Shown: positions 5,504 through 7,081 of the stretch, piece by piece
Layout: each line of letters opens with the position of its first letter
How positions within the stretch are numbered: position 1 is the stretch's first letter
Source of the DNA: Oopsacas minuta
Lineage: Eukaryota; Animalia; Porifera
NCBI GenBank assembly: GCA_024704765.1
Contig: JAKMXF010000191.1
Coordinates: 1-7,081, forward strand
Direction: 5' to 3'
Length of the DNA: 7,081 bases
Notes under the pieces: generated by a model
Told to the model about the DNA's origin: nothing
Seen by the model: only the letters and a program-made list of their open reading frames with translations
The model's database searches: none
Translations under genes and position numbers: made by a program

Positions 5504-6394
5504 ATGACAGTTCTATTGATTAGAAATCGTTCTACTTACTTCATTTGTGGTTTTATTCGAAGTTTCACAAAATCATCCAAAAGCAAAGCAAATTTATTCG
5601 ATGTACGGGTAAAACAAATACAACGAGACAACGCATTTGGTTTATCAAATCGTAAGACTTTTGACTATATACGCGAGTCCACAGCTATCAATTTGGCTGA
5701 CAGACTGTATGACATAAATAAAGAGTTTTATTTGGGATTAGAAATTGGATGTACTAGAGGAGATCTCCTATCTTCAAAGATTGATTCTGAAAAGATTAAT
5801 TTTCTATTTCAGTCGGATAGCTCTGTAGGAGCTCTTAGCAGACCTAACTCAACATTTCCTATACAAATGCATTTAGAATCTCCACAATTAAGAGTGTCTA
5901 TGTTTGATATAGCTATTGCTAACCTCAGTCTGCATTGGGTTAACGATCTGGAAGATTGTTTTCATAGAATTTCCAAGCTTCTTGTTCCAGATGCTCCATT
6001 CATGATATCAATGTTTGGCGAGTTTACACTATGTGAATTATCCTCCTCTCTGAGAGAAGCAGAGATGAAGATAATGGGTGGATTCTCTCCTCGTGTTTCC
6101 CCTTTCATCCGATTATCTGATTTAGCTACTCTCTTCAATGCAGGGGGATTCACACTCATAACTGTAGATCAGGACTATATTACAGTCAGATATCCAGGAT
6201 TGTTGGAGTTAATGCATGATCTAGGAAGAATGGGAGAATCTAACTGTACTGTTGGTAGGAATACTCACTTGAGAAGAGATGTAATTAGATTAGCAGAGGA
6301 AATATATATGAAGAGGTATGGAGAGGAGCATCGGAATATTCCTGCTACTTTTGAGATTATATACGGGATAGGGTGGACACCTGCTAATATGTAA
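5504..6394 (+). CDS. NDUFAF5: NADH dehydrogenase (complex I) assembly factor 5, SAM-dependent methyltransferase-fold arginine hydroxylase, 296 aa, single exon
   Basis: Family motifs: LFD.RVKQIQRD, FDYIR....LADRLYDI, LEIGCTRG (motif I), NLSLHWVNDL, MFGEFTLCEL..SL..AE....GGFSPRVSPF, LITVDQD.I.V.YP.L.ELMHDL..MGESNC, IPATFEIIYGIGW. It has a basic N-terminal presequence and an AAAATG start context. Confidence 0.93.
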   Translation: MTVLLIRNRSTYFICGFIRSFTKSSKSKANLFDVRVKQIQRDNAFGLSNRKTFDYIRESTAINLADRLYDINKEFYLGLEIGCTRGDLLSSKIDSEKINFLFQSDSSVGALSRPNSTFPIQMHLESPQLRVSMFDIAIANLSLHWVNDLEDCFHRISKLLVPDAPFMISMFGEFTLCELSSSLREAEMKIMGGFSPRVSPFIRLSDLATLFNAGGFTLITVDQDYITVRYPGLLELMHDLGRMGESNCTVGRNTHLRRDVIRLAEEIYMKRYGEEHRNIPATFEIIYGIGWTPANM

Positions 6395-6491
6395 TGTACA
6401 TACTAACCAACCCCTTCTGATAATTTCTCCCGGGTATTTTTCGAAAAATTCTCTATTTACAAGTTTAGCAATTCCAGGCTATTATTTGGGA

Positions 6492-6497
6492 AATAAA
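6492..6497 (+). terminator. Candidate AATAAA polyadenylation signal for NDUFAF5
   Basis: First AATAAA after the stop codon, about 98 nt downstream. Confidence 0.4.
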
Positions 6498-6789
6498 CTT
6501 TCAAAATTCATATATTTTTTGTAAAATCTTGACTAAATATATAAGGTTCCAGGGAGGGTTAGCGAGTATGATATGGATTTGTATATATGTCAGCAACAAA
6601 TTTCTTAAACTGTGCGATGTTTCTTCAATGAAAATGCTGTGTATCGCTAGGATTTCAGTCCATTGGGTGCTCGAGGACAACAGTACTACAATAGGATATT
6701 CGTATTGCATTCTGTGAGGAAGTCTACATAATGTGTTGGGTTTGGACTGTCAAGTTATATATGGTCTAGTCGGACCATATATGCATACC

Positions 6790-6825
6790 CAGTGGCGTAA
6801 CGATGTCTAGTGCCGCTGGGGGTAC
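6790..6825 (+). mobile_element. Orphan hAT-like MITE terminus related to the 4476 element; partner end not found
   Basis: CAGTGGCGT-N17-CTGGGGG has the same layout as CAGTGGCGT-N16-CTGGGGGG at 4476. No convincing reverse copy lies in 6826-7081. Confidence 0.4.
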
Positions 6826-7081
6826 ATGTTCTAAACGCCGGTCCATAGAACGTAACTTTATGAGTAGTTATCTTAAACAACTCCTGGGAAGGGTGTTATT
6901 TGAAAATTCCCTTGTCCCTGCCCTGGTTCATTAGATACCATGTTTAGTTATTTTTTACATATGTGATTACGCATATATGTTTGAAACTTTTAACCAAAAA
7001 TACAATAATACTACCGCTTCGGGTCGTTAGTAGCTCTTCTTCACAGCCTGACCTTTCGTGCTTTGAGTCTCGCAAACTTAT

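Noticed and set aside
5962-6159. 65-aa minus-strand ORF
   Set aside because: It is the antisense shadow of the NDUFAF5 CDS.
6501-6717. Two overlapping opposite-strand ORFs of 62 and 69 aa
   Set aside because: No motifs, and neither encodes the missing NDUFAF5 tail. Their lengths are compatible with chance.
7011-7035. C(UUCG)G tetraloop, suggesting a structured RNA
   Set aside because: The stem does not extend beyond one pair. No tRNA or rRNA signature was seen anywhere in the window.

Overview
AT-rich eukaryotic (animal-like) nuclear DNA read in the standard code, with no introns visible in any recognisable CDS. Compactness, lack of introns and the style of NHL gene suggest a glass sponge such as Oopsacas minuta; this is inference from recall, not a search. 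From left to right: (1) a tandem pair of stand-alone six-bladed NHL beta-propeller genes on the minus strand, one intact (1058-1915) and one a frameshifted pseudogene running off the left edge (<1-610); (2) an unexplained coding-like purine-rich frame (2223-2447) and a cluster of four YYAGGCGYAY motifs; (3) mitochondrial ribosomal protein MRPS18B (2836-3351, +); (4) a 1150-bp TA-flanked Tc2/pogo-type non-autonomous element (4136-5285) with a 258-bp hAT-type MITE (8-bp TSD) nested inside; (5) complex I assembly factor NDUFAF5 (5504-6394, +); (6) an orphan hAT-like end near 6790. The most interesting signal is the NHL pair. Substitutions cluster at predicted ligand-face positions of the blades, while an adjacent tract of at least 99 bp containing a perfect 12-bp hairpin is 100% identical between copies. 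This pattern would fit a diversifying, gene-conversion-shuffled recognition family, but that is a hypothesis.
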